DNA of 64,000 nt from Squalus acanthias (lineage: Eukaryota), in NCBI GenBank assembly GCA_030390025.1, contig CM059430.1:72788001-72852000 (forward strand), in the 5' to 3' direction. The notes below the pieces were generated by a model, which searched no databases, was not told the DNA's origin, and saw only the letters and a list, made by a program, of their open reading frames with translations. Positions 12,301 to 24,061 of the stretch are shown here, one piece after another. The first letter of the stretch is position 1. The number at the start of each line of letters is the position of its first letter. Position numbers and translations under genes: made by a program.

Positions 12301-13633
12301 ATGCAATAGAATCCGCATGTCTTTCTCTAGCTCAACATCCTTGAGCAAGGGCACCGGCATCATTCAATGATGCAGTCCAAGTCCCTGTCCAAGTGCAGTA
12401 CACTACAATCGTATATATTAAATTATATCTACCAGATTCGGTTAATTCCTCTATTTAATCCTGTTTTGTCTGCAATCTTATTTTATTTCATCCACGGTCT
12501 TTATATCCGCAGATATGTTCGTGCAATCTACGCACTTGCAAATAACATCCCCATGCCTTTACCCAAATAATTGATAAATAATGCAATGGTCCTAACGATT
12601 AATAACTATATTGTGTGTCCCTGATTAGAACAGGTTCCTTGTCCAACCCTAACCAAATGCTGCTTGCAAATACCACAATGATCAACCTATCTTAGTAGCC
12701 TTTTGTGCAGAACTCTACAAACCTCTGTTTTAGTAGTCTAGATATAAAATATCAATATGATTGCCTCAAATACCAACTTTGTAAATTATTGGGCACAAGT
12801 GCAACGTAGTTTGTGAGACACGACCTTCCATTTCATAAACCATGTCTGGATTCCCTATTAAACTCATCCATTAGAATTGATAGTACAGCGCATCTCTAAT
12901 AATTGTATAGTTCCGAGGTTCTCACTTAGACCATTTTTGAAATTTGGGAAGTCGTGGCCCCCTCACGGGTCCATGGGGAGAAACACAGGCATAATACAAC
13001 TACTAAATTTATAAACAACTGGCTGACATAGCACAGGCCACATTTACTGGAACACACTCGGGAGAATGTCTTCAAGGTCAGCACCCCGATCTATTTTACG
13101 AGCACTAACTGAAGCAAGGACTACATCCGTATCCAGTTCAACAGGTTTACTTTTACCATTAGCCTCATGTCGTCGTATTGGTAAACCAGCATCTTTGAAT
13201 GTAGTGAAGGCAGATGCGAAGTAAGCTTTTAAAACGTTTGACATATCCTGGGACTCCGCCTGAAGCTGCCCAGATGACCGTTCAGTGATCTAGTACTTTC
13301 CTTGGTGAGCCTGTAATGTTCAACATATTTGCAAATTACTAACTATTAATACGACCCCGATTCAATCTTCTCCATCCGTGTCTTTGTCTCTAATCATACA
13401 GATTCTTACATTTATTCTTGGGGCTTGTATAACATTGGACCTCTGAGCGAAAAAGTGACCAACTATAACCAGAAATAACTCCAACACATACCATATACAA
13501 CAGAGTTCAGATTTCCTGCGTCCTCCGTGTCTTGCTTTTGATATATTAAAACATGATATTAATAGAAAGGAAAACTCATGGATATACCTGTATAAGCAAT
13601 CGCGGAGGTCAATATCCAGGGAAACACAATCAT
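6243..13633 (-). CDS. Spliced IgSF receptor gene, copy 1: leader-VJ-C1-TM-cyt1-cyt2, 314 aa (exons 13588-13633, 11487-11807, 9804-10112, 8778-8891, 6984-7042, 6243-6338)
   Basis: All five introns are GT-AG with compatible phases (1,1,1,1,0). Exon lengths 46+321+309+114+59+96 = 945 nt give an open frame ending in TAG. All exons are recognisable in the paralogous copy. AATAAA at 6184-6189 (minus). Confidence 0.85.
6984..7042 (-). CDS. Exon 5, cytoplasmic (VHSLPGTGDSMEQPPHPEGL)
   Basis: Acceptor aaattttcaag|TC, donor CTG|gtaggt. 59 nt converts phase 1 to phase 0. Conserved at 40096-40154. Confidence 0.75.
7375..8027. mobile_element. Older Harbinger-type MITE in intron 4 (paralog ~40490-41147; relative at 20191-20910)
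   Basis: Termini ctggaaattg / cattttctagcc. Same internal layout as 20191-20910. Confidence 0.65.
8285..8703 (-). mobile_element. Decayed tRNA/Deu-domain SINE in intron 4
   Basis: Aligns with the younger copy at 52106-52568. Confidence 0.65.
8778..8891 (-). CDS. Exon 4, transmembrane (GADNAKWYIKLYRSAGGAILILLLLIIMRKRYPSIICK)
   Basis: Acceptor atttattttacag|GA, donor AAAG|gtatga. Hydrophobic run followed by an RKR stop-transfer. Conserved in copy 2. Confidence 0.88.
9353..9658 (+). repeat. Tandem duplication of a ~155-bp unit in intron 3
   Basis: ttctcaa..accatggcgtgattat..gtccaggcgtctgg..agttcagtacaaagacc..gccaacag..atccatatt occurs twice here and once in copy 2 (~42460-42620). Confidence 0.85.
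9804..10112 (-). CDS. Exon 3, C1-set Ig domain
   Basis: Acceptor tcttgttccacag|TT, donor GGAG|gtaaaa. Motifs LVCKTAEFY, ISWYKDG, GLYEVSSFL, YTCLASH. Confidence 0.95.
11487..11807 (-). CDS. Exon 2, V-set Ig domain with germline J-like G strand
   Basis: Acceptor aatttcctcacag|CT, donor CACG|gtaatt. Motifs TFYC, VYWW, ASLQLLNV, DSGVYCC, GNGTGSKLLI. Confidence 0.95.
12270..13450 (-). mobile_element. Old CR1 LINE RT fragment in intron 1 (paralog ~46000-47150)
   Basis: MSNVLKAYFASAFT...GADLEDILPSV matches CR1 MA..LN.YFASVFT...SPGPDGIHPRV. Confidence 0.65.
13588..13633 (-). CDS. Exon 1, signal peptide MIVFPWILTSAIAYT(A)
   Basis: ATG...ACAG|gtatat, 46 nt, phase 1. Hydrophobic; the paralog at 48075-48120 reads MIMFQWILIFANAYT. 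Completed by AVSG at the start of the V exon. Confidence 0.75.
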
Positions 13634-14320
13634 ATTTAGAAATGGAATTGACTGCAGTCTACAGGTAGGCGTCATCCTCTTCTGGTTTGCAAATACTGGC
13701 TTACTCCGAATATGATTCGAACTGAGAGATGATGACGCATGAGTTTAAAACTGCCGTCAGTAACGGAATTAATTTTAAGCGTTAAGATCTGTGCCCGCGG
13801 TTGTGCGTTCAGGATGGACTATAACTTGATCACACTATTTAATCTGAAAGGCTGTAGTAGCAGTAAATATATCTTTAAAGAATTAGATCAAACTTTTGGA
13901 GAAATTATTTAGCTCGACATCTACTGTTGTTGAGAAAGTTTATGAACTCCACAAAAGTCAACACGACTCGCCGATATCACACAGCGCCATGCGAACTTTA
14001 GTACATGCAATTAACTTTAAGCCAAAATGACAGCAAACCACCATCACTACAGCGGACGGCGGCGTCAGACTTGCACCTCCATTGCAATACGCATAAGAAG
14101 CGCAACTTATGCTGTCGGCTCTGCCTGGCATTGCGTACAATGAACGTAGACATTTGTGAGTTTGTGTTTGGCGTTTTCCATCTGCCTGTTTAATAGCTGA
14201 TGATATAATTTGAGCGTCATGTCTCACTCATTTAACAATAATTCAGAAATTATGCTTCATAAAACAGCCGTTGATCAAATTCAGCGTGTAGACAAGAACC
14301 ACCAATGTAAGAAAGATAAT

Positions 14321-15063
14321 GGCCCAGAAATTGATCTCGCTCTGTTCCCGCGGGGGTAAGGCTTCCCCGCGTTCTCTCAATCCGCGTGTGCTTTTTCAGA
14401 TCCAGCTTGCACGAACTTGATGTTCCAGACATCAGTTGGGCAGTGCTTGCGTATCCCACCGGCGTAGTGAATTCGTGCGAGCTGTGGGATCACGTGACTC
14501 AGTTAGAGCCAATGGCAGCACACCATCTTCCATTCATAAGATTCAAATACGTGCTGTGAAATCTATGAATCTTACACCCCCCCAAAATAACAGCTAAACC
14601 TCAATTAATTTTTTTAAAAAACCATCACATTAATAAAATAAGTATAGTTAAATAAATTAACCATTTTAAATAAAAAATTAAATTTTTGAAAAAATTTAAA
14701 ATCTTTTTAAAATTTATAAAAATAAACTTACCTGTCTTTAAAGTCTCTAAAAAAGATATACCTGTTAAAAAAAATTCAAAAAAATACTTAATTCACTACT
14801 TACCTTGTTAAAAGTGGGTCTTACTCCTCCTTTTTCCATTTCTAAAATCTTCAGTACTTACCTGCGCGTCCAAAGCATGAAGTGCACAGCGTGCGCGCAG
14901 CCTGTAGCGCGCACGCGATGCACCGAGGAACCGCCCCCTTTTCAAAAGAAAAAGTGCCGGTTTTCAGCGCATGCGCAGGGCATGCAGAAAACCGGCAATT
15001 GGAGAGAGAGTACGCGAGAGTACGCAGTGCGTACTCCCGCGTCGAGGTATGAATTTTTGGCCC
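14321..15063 (+). mobile_element. Harbinger MITE, subfamily X, ~690 bp upstream of the start codon
   Basis: TIR GGCCCAGAAATT / AATTTTTGGCCC, TSD AAT on both sides. Confidence 0.92.
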
Positions 15064-15379
15064 AATAATATGCAGAACGAGTTTGGATTATTCAGACATT
15101 TTATGAGAACGATCCAGTGCACACTGAAAGAATAACTGTGAAGGTGGGTAGAATTAATCTGCTGTTCAACTGAACCATCTGTCTGTTTTTACATATATAT
15201 TGAGGCATTCTTTGGAATAATTCCAGCTAATAACCATAAGTGTGTCTAGATATTATTATGTTGCAATCAAAAGGCGCATGTTTAGTGTTAGAGCGGCCTA
15301 CACTGAAATGTACTAATAAACCATTTCCGTTCTTTACCCCGAGACAGCAATCCGTTTATGATTTAGTCTATCAAATAGA

Positions 15380-15495
15380 GCAGAAACCGCATTTCAGGTG
15401 TGGCCAAAAATGTCATTTACTCTTTCATCAATGTATGAACGGCCAAAGTTTATTGGCATTTTAATAGGATACGTGCAAGTAGAAACCACAGTTTA
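15380..15495. promoter_or_regulatory. Candidate upstream enhancer: two RUNX sites and an E-box
   Basis: AACCGCA, CAGGTG and AACCACA ~1.8 kb 5' of the ATG, all retained in copy 2 (~49894-49999). Motif match only. Confidence 0.25.
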
Positions 15496-16054
15496 ACCTT
15501 GTGACTCTTGCTGATGTATTGTTTCACTATCTTAACCAGTTACCTTTTTGACCTACATCACGGATTGTAATATCGTGTTGCTAATGTTAACGTAGATCAA
15601 AGATCAGCAGAGGAACAACTACCATCTTTTCTTTGTATTGATCAACATAGTCTTACATTAAACAACCTGTACTTTATGCAACAACCTTCTTCATAAAGCA
15701 CGGGATCATCCCCACGAGGCAGCATGTTTGAGATACAAGAGTTCATTAACGGTCTCACAACATTTTAATTGATTAATCATTGAAATTATGATACTAATCT
15801 GTCCGGCTACAGATTTCTCCGTTTAAGATAAACTGTGTGATGATTCTATATCTACTTCGATGTTAGGTAGATCAAAATCATTTTCAAATGTCTATCATAA
15901 AAAAGTCATAATAATAATAGGTGAAAGTATTTTTAAATATCTGTCATGTCAGAAAGTTAATAATGTATTATGCATTGAAAAGGGTTTTGCATTTTTAGCA
16001 ACCTTGCATATTTAGTGATCATTTTCATCGATTTGAAATTAGCAGTTTGGATCA

Positions 16055-17990
16055 TAAGAACATAAGAACATAAGAAATAGGAGCAGGAGTCGGCCAATCG
16101 GCCCCTCGAGCCTGCTCCGCCATTCAATAAGATCATGGCTGATCTGATCCTAACCTGAAATATAAAGAACACAAGAAGTAGGAGCAGGACCCGGCCACTC
16201 AGCCCCTGGGCCCGCTCAGCCACCCACAGGGCCCTGACCGATCCGAACTCAGCCTCATGTCCAATTTCCTGCCCGCTCACCGTAACCCCTAATTCCCTTT
16301 ACCTCTAGGAAACTATCTATTTCTGTTTTAAATTTATTTAATGATGGAGCTTCCACAGCTTCCTGGGGCAGCAAATTCCACAGACCCACTAACCTCTGAG
16401 TGAAGAATTTTCTCCTCATCTGAGTTTTGAAAGAGCAGCCCCTTATTCTAAGATTATACCCCCCTAGTTCTAGTTTCACACATCCTTGGGAACATCCTTA
16501 CCGCATCCACCCGATCAAGCCCCTTCACAATCTTATATGTTTCAATAAGATCGCCTCTCATTCTTCTGAACTCCAGTGAGTAGAGTCCCAATCTACTCAA
16601 CCTCTCCTCATATGTTCACCCCTTCATCCCCGGGATTAACCGAGTGAACCTTCTTTGTACTGCCTCGAGAGCAAGTATGTCTTTTCAAGTATGGACACCA
16701 AAACTGTACGCAGTATTCCAGGTGCGGTCTCACCAATAACTTATATAACTGCAGCAATACATCCCTGTTTTTATAATCTATCCCCCTAGCAATAAAAGCC
16801 AACATTCCATTGGCCTTCTTGATCACCTGCTGCACCTGCATACTAACTTTTTGATTTTCTTGCACTAGGACCCCCAGATCCCTTTGTACTGCAGTACTTT
16901 CCAGTTTCTCGTCATTAAGATAACAACTTGCTCTCTGATTTTTCCTGCCAAAGTGCATAACCTCACATTTTCCAATATTGTATTGCATCTGCCAAATCTC
17001 CGCCCACTCACCCAGCCTGTCTATATCCCCTTGTCGGTTTTTTATGTCCTCCTCACTTTCTACTTTCCCTCCCATCTTTGTATCATCTGCAAACTTTGAT
17101 ATGTTACACTCGGTCCCCTCCTCCAAATCGTTAATATAGATTGTAAAGAGTGGGGGACCCAGCACCGACCCCTGCGGAACACCACTGGCTACTGGTTGCC
17201 AGTCCGAGAATGAACCATTTATCCCAACTCTCTGCTTCCTGATAGATAACAAATCCTCCACCCATGCCAGAATATTACCCCCAATCCAGTGATGTTTTTT
17301 ATCTTGAGCAATAATCTTTTATGTGGCACCTTGTCGAATGCCTTCTGGAAGACTTAATACACTACGTCCACTGGTTCCCCTTTATCCACCCTGTACATTG
17401 TGTCCTCAAAGAACACAAGCAAATTTGTCAGACATGACATCCCCTTCATAAAGCCATGCTGACTTTGTCCTATTAAATTATGTTTATGTAAATGTTCCAT
17501 TACTGTTTCCTTAATAATAGACTCCAAAATTTTACCCACCACAGATGTTAGGCTGACTGCTCTATAATTCCCAGTCTTCTGCCTACTACCCTTTTTAAAT
17601 AAGGGTGTTACATTAACAGTTTTCCAATCTGCTGGGACCTTTGCTGAGTCGAGGGAATTTTGGAAAATTATTACCAAAGCATCTACAATCCCTACTGCCA
17701 CTTTCCTCAAGACCCCAAGATGTAAGCCATCAGGTCCAGGGGATTTATCCGCCTTGAGTCCCATTATTTTACTGAGTACCAATTCCTTAGTGATTTTAAT
17801 CGTATTTAGCTCCTCCCCCCCTAGACCCCCCTGTTTGTCCAGTGTTGGGATATTCTTAGTCTCCTCTACCGTAAAGATTGAAACAAAATATTTGTTCAGC
17901 ATTTTTGCCATCTCCATGTTTCCCACCATTAATTTCCCAGTCTCATCCTCTGAGGGACCTACGTTTGCCTGAGCCACCCTTTTTCTTTTT
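16055..17990 (-). mobile_element. Young 5'-truncated CR1 LINE (RT domain plus 3' UTR), present only in copy 1
   Basis: KSPGPDG, GNYRAVSLTS, VPQGSVLGP, KFADDTK; (TTCTTATG)n tail; ATCA duplicated on both flanks; empty site at ~50557-50560. Confidence 0.95.
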
Positions 17991-20190
17991 ATCAAAACGT
18001 AGAACTTCAATAACAAACAATGGGCTTGAGCAGAAACAAGGCAGAAGCAGATTACAGTTTATAGGCTCAGTTTTGGAACATAGTAAAGAAAATGTTTCAA
18101 GACCAAAGTTGGAAATAGAATTTATAAAAATATAGATTCATAGAATCATACAGCATATATCCTATTCCCATTTGAAAGTAACTATTGGATATGCTTCCAT
18201 CACCATATCAGGTACTGCATTCCAGATCATACCAAACATAGCATTACATAGAATTACAGCACAGAAACAGGTCTTTCTGCCCAACCAACCCATGCAGAGA
18301 TTCATGTTGCCCTTGAGACTCCTTTCATCGTTCCACATCTAAATCTATCTGCATTATCCTCTATTCCCTTCTCCCTCATATGCTTATGCAGCTTTCCTTT
18401 AAATTCATCCTTATTATTCAACTCAACGACTACCTGTTGTACCGAGTTCCACATTCTCAGTATTCTCTGGGTAAAGAAATTTATTCTGAATTCCCTATTT
18501 GATTTCTTTCCGAAAGTTCGCTAGACCCTAACCTCTGGAATTCCCTGTCTAAACTGCTCTGCCTCTCTACCTCTCTTTCCTCCTTTAAGATGCTCCTTAA
18601 AACATACTTCTTTGACCAAGCTTTTGGTCATCTGCCCTATTTTCTCCTTATGTCACTTGGTGTCAATTTGTTTTGTCTTATAATACTCCTGCGAAGCACC
18701 TTGGGACGTTTTAATACGTAAAAGGCGCTATAAAATAAAAGTTGTTGTTGTTGTTGACTATCTTATATTGATGGCGTCTTGATTTGCTGTTCCCCACAAG
18801 ATTAACCACTCTGTGTTAACTCTATCAAAACCTTTGATAATTTTAAAGACTTCTATTAGGCCACCCCGCAGCCTTCTCTTTGCAAGAGAAAATATACCCA
18901 GCATGTTCATCGTTTCCTGATTGGTAAAACCTCGCAGTTTTGTTGTCATTCTTGTAAATCCTTTTTGCAAGCTCTCCATTGTCTCTACAGCCATTTTATA
19001 ATATGTCAATCAGAATGGTGCATAGTACTCCACGTGTGGTCTAACCAAGATTCAGTACAAGTTTAGCATAACTTTTCTACTTTTCAATTCTATCCCTCTA
19101 GAATTAAAACCACGTGTTTTTTTTCTTTTTTATAGCCTTATTAACTTGAGTCACTAATATTAGTGATTTGTGTAGTTGTATATCCAGATCCCTTTGCTGC
19201 TCTATCCCATTTAGATTAATATTTTCCAACTAACATGTGACCACCTTATTTTTCTTACCAAAATGCAATACCTCATGCTTATCTATATAAAAATTCAGTT
19301 GCCAATTGAATGCCCATTCTGCAAGTTTATTAATGTCTTCTTGTAATTTGTTGCAGTCCTCCTCAATATTGAGTATCCCCCGCCCAATTGAGTGTCGTCC
19401 ACAAATGTAAAAATTGTGTTTTGATTTAAAAGTCTAAATTGTTGATATAAATTGTGAACAACAGTGGTCCCAGCACAGATCATTGTGGGAACTCACTGCC
19501 CACCTTCTGCTAATCTGATTTACTACCCTTTACTCCTACTCTCTGCTTTCTGTCTAGCAACCAGCGAGCTAGCCATTCTTCTAATTCTTCCCTGAATCTG
19601 CATGATGCGACCTTATTGATTAGTCTATTATGTGGTACCTTATCTGAGTTCTTTTGGAAATCTAGATATATTACATCTACTACATTTCCCTTATCTACTC
19701 TCTCTGTTACCTCTTCAAAAATGTAATGAGGTTGGTTAGGCAAGACTTTCACTTTTGAAATCCATGCTAAATATTCGTTATTATATTTTTGGTTTCTAGA
19801 TGTTTTTCTATGTTTTCCTTTAGTAGGAATTCGATTACCATTCCTCACACCGATGTATAGCAGATGCATCTATAGTACACTAGACATTTTATATCACCCT
19901 TCTGAAATATACATATAACTTTAGCTATCTGCCAGTCCTCTGGCACTACAACTTTTTATGACGAATTAACAAATATGTGTATTAATGCCTCTGCTATCTC
20001 GTAACTTATATTCTTTAGAATTAGAGGATGTAATGCATCCCGACCAGAGGTTTTATCCTCTTTAATTTTGATAAATTTATTGAATATTTTTCCCTTTCTA
20101 TTTTAAATGTTGTTATAGCTTTTCTAATCTCATCCTCCGATGTCATTCCACCTAATCCGTCTTCCTGATAAATAGTGAAATAAAATAATA

Positions 20191-20910
20191 GCCGTGAAAT
20201 TGCGATCTCACTGACAGCGTACTCTCAGCGTATGTCGTCGTGATCCTTTTGAAAGCTCCCACAACTTCTGAGTTTCTGCAGGTGCTTGCACATATGCGAA
20301 AACCGGAACTTGCGATGTGTCAATGTAAGGCTTGACATGTCATTCGAACCGCATTGAAAATTAGTATTGCTGGGGTAGGGTTGGACAATTTGCCAAACGA
20401 CTACCCAGCTTTCATCAGTTTAACGATATACAAAAGTTTTAATTTAACATTTAGAACTCAAAAAAGATGCACATACACTTTAAATTCGTTTCTGCAAATA
20501 TTGGCCCGGATTTGGATGAATAAAATTATATATAGAAAAACATTTTTTTATTGAGGTTGGTGCAATGAAGGGACTTTTGAATAAAATTGAATTTCACTGC
20601 ATTTCTAATCATTAGCATTCTGTAAATTGTATAATTATTTGGGGATTCCATTTCGTATCATTAGGGGATTCCCTTCATAAATGATTGTAATGGAATCCTC
20701 CTTTGTGATTGGGGGACTGGGTCGATGTGATCCCAGTTAAGATTTTTAACTGCCTGCTTCCATGGGATCCGTGGGCCGTTCTGCTGCCGTACACCTGGAG
20801 TCACGGCCTCGAAACTCTAGGCAGCCTGGCCGCCTGGAGATAAGCTCGTAAAGGTATTCCAATTTGGAGGCATACTCCGGAGGTACACCTCCGACCGCAA
20901 TCTCTAGTCC
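20191..20910. mobile_element. Older Harbinger-type MITE nested in CR1
   Basis: Termini gccgtgaaattgcg / cgcaatctctagtcc. Homologous to 7375-8027. Confidence 0.65.
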
Positions 20911-21379
20911 ATCAATTTGTTTTCTGCTATTTTGCTATCGCTGCCTATGATGTTATCATTCCATCCATTAGAGGCCCTACTCCCACCCGACTTTCCTTTT
21001 TTTTATTTTAGTGCCTGTAACATATTTTGCTATTTTGTTTCATGTTCCATAATAATTTAATGTCATAGATCCTCCTTGCCTGCCTGATTGATTGTTTTGA
21101 CTTCTCTCCTAATCGCTTTGTATTGACCCTTATCATGCTTTTACCTGCTCCCTTTATCCTTAGTGTACGTTTAATACTTGGCCACAATTATTCTCTTGTG
21201 TCTTTATGAATCCATGGTGTTTCATAAGTATTTAGATTTTTCCTGTTTTTTTTTAGCGGAATGTATTTTTACTGGATTCTGGTGGACACCGTTTTAAATG
21301 TTTCACATTGCCGTTCGACATTGCTTGCTGATATTGCCGTCGATTTTATTTTCCCAAATGTTCGATTCTCCACGGCTCA

Positions 21380-22697
21380 AAATCAGCTTTTCTCCAATCT
21401 ATTACCTTGGTCTTTGTCATGCTTATCTCCGATTAGCCACCCTCGAGCTTGTTGTGGTTGCTGGAAGAGTGCTGGCACACTGGTCTGGCGCAGGATGAAG
21501 GCAATCGTGGTTGCTGCCTGGACAGTGGGCATTGGTATTAATAATTCACTGTAACTGGTCGCACACCAACTGCACATTAATTGGAAAGTAGCCTTTGCAT
21601 TTCGGGAAGATATCAGGATTGTTATGCGGTGCCCGCAAAGCCACATAGGTGCAGTCGATGGAGCCCTGCACCATGGGGAAGCCTGCCTTGCTGGCAAAGC
21701 CAAATGCACTTTTGTCCTGCTTCTTTCTGTGATTGGGAAGCCAACGTCGTTACTTCTCCTGCTGTGGAGAGCCTCAGTGACCTCCCGGATGCAGCGATGG
21801 GCGGCAAAATGTGAGATGTTAACTATGTATCCTGTTGCAGACTGGAAGGAACCACTGGCGAAGAAATTGGGGTCCAAAGTGACTTTGACTGCCATTGGCA
21901 GAGCCATGGTCGCCGTCATCTGAGGCTTAAGATCTGGTTGCAGGAGGCGGTAGAGTTCTGTGTCCACTTCCTTGGTGAAGCGAAGCTTTCCAGTACACTG
22001 CTCTTTGCTTATTTGCAGCTAGGAAAAGTGCTCTCGGAATACCCTTGGTGGGTAAGGGCTCCTGGTGAGAGCCCTGAAGGCCCTCCTCCTCCCTCTGTGC
22101 ACATGTTTCCTAATATTTCTCTTTGCCTATGCTCCCTCCACCATAGATCCTGGATAGTGAGGTGGCACGGCAGTTCAACCACATTAATGTTATCAGGTGT
22201 AGCACTTCGAATCATTGAAGAATAAATGTAGCTAATTTTAAGTTGCCAGACTACTCCTGATAAAAAAACGTTGAATTTACTGAATGAAACTGTTGCAGTG
22301 GGTGAAACTAACTAAAAACCCACTAAAACTACACTAACCTGACAGCTGCGAGTGATTACTGATGATCGCTTTAAATAAGGTCCCTGGAGCCGGCTTCCTG
22401 GTGCTCACGGCAGCTCTCCCTGTTGGTGTTTACTCCAGGCAATGAGGTAAGTGTTGATAATCAATTTTGCAAATTGGGCGGTCAGTGAACATCCCACACT
22501 CACTGACGCCACAATCTACCTGGCGTGGTCACTCTCGGCAATACCTCTTACCGGCGGTGCTTCATGGAGTGGGGGTTGGGGGCGGATTTGGCGTGCGGTG
22601 CTGGATATGCCTCGTCCCGGCGATACTGGTCTAGTGCCCCATTAGCGCCATCTACAGGCACTAACGGTAAGCGCTAAAGGGACGAATTCGCCCCCCC
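21380..22697 (-). mobile_element. Harbinger transposon fragment with decayed HARBI1-like DDE transposase
   Basis: VKVT...FFASGSFQ...NISHFAAHRCIREVTEAL and frameshifted FP.VQG.IDCT motifs. Confidence 0.85.
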
Positions 22698-24061
22698 TCT
22701 TTTAAAATAACGTTTACATTTCATATCTTTCCACACAGTGCACAGTATTTGTTTAGAAGTGGAATATTATGAGTATTGATTTGGAATCCCACAACAAAAG
22801 CTAAAGTTGTATGTATTTTAATGGTTGTAGTAATGAAGTAACGTAGTAATTTAAATAATTGAAAGGCAATCTGTTTTCTGATTGGAAGACCAGGCCCACG
22901 TGATCCCAGGTACGATACCGCAGAGGCAGCGTCCCTGAGATCCGTGGCCCTCGGATTCACAGCGTCAGACACGCAGAAGTGCTGCCATCAGTTCGGTGCA
23001 TACTGTTTTCGCTGGTCATGCAGCATACTCCGGAGGTTCGCTGCCAACAGCAATTTTTGGCCGATTGTGTGTACTGCTGTACGAGGACTTTTACCGATTT
23101 TTTTTAATAGCGGTTCTACTCAGTTTTATTTTAACCAACCTTTAATGCCCCTGTTCTATAACTCTAATTATTCCCTCGCTACTTACGTCTTCCTTTAGTT
23201 TAGTCTGCCATATGCTCTCCTATCCTGTTTCTTTTATATATAGGCTCGTTTCCTTTCTTATAGATACCTCCTTACAATCTTACTAGTTTAAAGTCTTTGC
23301 CACCTTCCTAGTGACCTTTTCCATTAGGACACTAGTCCCCATTCCGGTTCAGGGGGAGCCCGTCCTATCGGTGCTACTCCATCCTGCCCAAGCACTGTTA
23401 ACAGAGCCCTAAGAAATTGAACCCCTCAGTCCCACTCCTGCCTTTTAGCCACGTGAATATCTCTGTCTCCATGACAATTAACACGTGGTTTGGGCAATAG
23501 TACTGAGATTATGACTCTCTTATTCCTGCTATTTATTTTAGCTCCTTACTCCTGATACTCCCTCAGCAGGACTTCCTCCCTGTTACAATTATGTTGTTTG
23601 TTCCAACATGGACCAAGCAACTGGATTATCCCTTTCCAAATTCCTCTCCAGCCGCCTCAAGATATCCCTTACCCAGTAGGCAACATACCCTTCGGGACTC
23701 TCGTTCATGGCTGCAGAGGGCAATATCTAGCCCCATAATTAAAGAAGCCCCTGTCACTACCACATGTCTATTCTGCTCTTTGCCCCCACCACCCTCCCCA
23801 CCGCCCGCCACCCCACCTTGGTCAGCCTTCTGAGCCTCCGTGCCTTGGTCTGCTTTGTGGCTGTCATTCATAAAATTTTGTCTCCTTGTCCTCATAAGTA
23901 GCATACAAATCTCATCTCCCCTCTGGTTATGTTGCCAATTAATTTAAACTCCGTCCTCTGATTACCAACCATCCTGCCACTGGAAACAGTTTGTCATTTT
24001 GTCTGAAAACCCCTCACGAATGTTAACACCTCCATTGAATCTCCTCTAAACCGGCTCAGCA

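Larger units (their letters stand above)
1..18478 (+). repeat. Segmental duplication unit, copy 1 (may extend left of the window)
   Basis: Colinear with 34283-51046 from agctgtactggaacagcttgtc to ttctctgggtaaagaa. Confidence 0.95.
18130..23910 (-). mobile_element. Degenerate near-full-length CR1 (ORF1 esterase, endonuclease region, RT) interrupted by an L2 tail, MITEs and a Harbinger
   Basis: VVVTGASLIMG...RESRRVCCL (CR1 ORF1 esterase-like) at 23626-23904; VDVIYLDFQK..DKVPH at 19510-19869; FVDDTQLGG at ~19390. Confidence 0.75.

Noticed and set aside
13684-13696. Octamer-like ATTTGCAA upstream of the ATG
   Set aside because: One mismatch to ATTTGCAT and not conserved in copy 2 (ATTTCCAA).
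13958-14227. Minus-strand ORF present in both copies (48445-48696) as an alternative first exon
   Set aside because: No GT donor and no convincing signal peptide; conservation is explained by the duplication.
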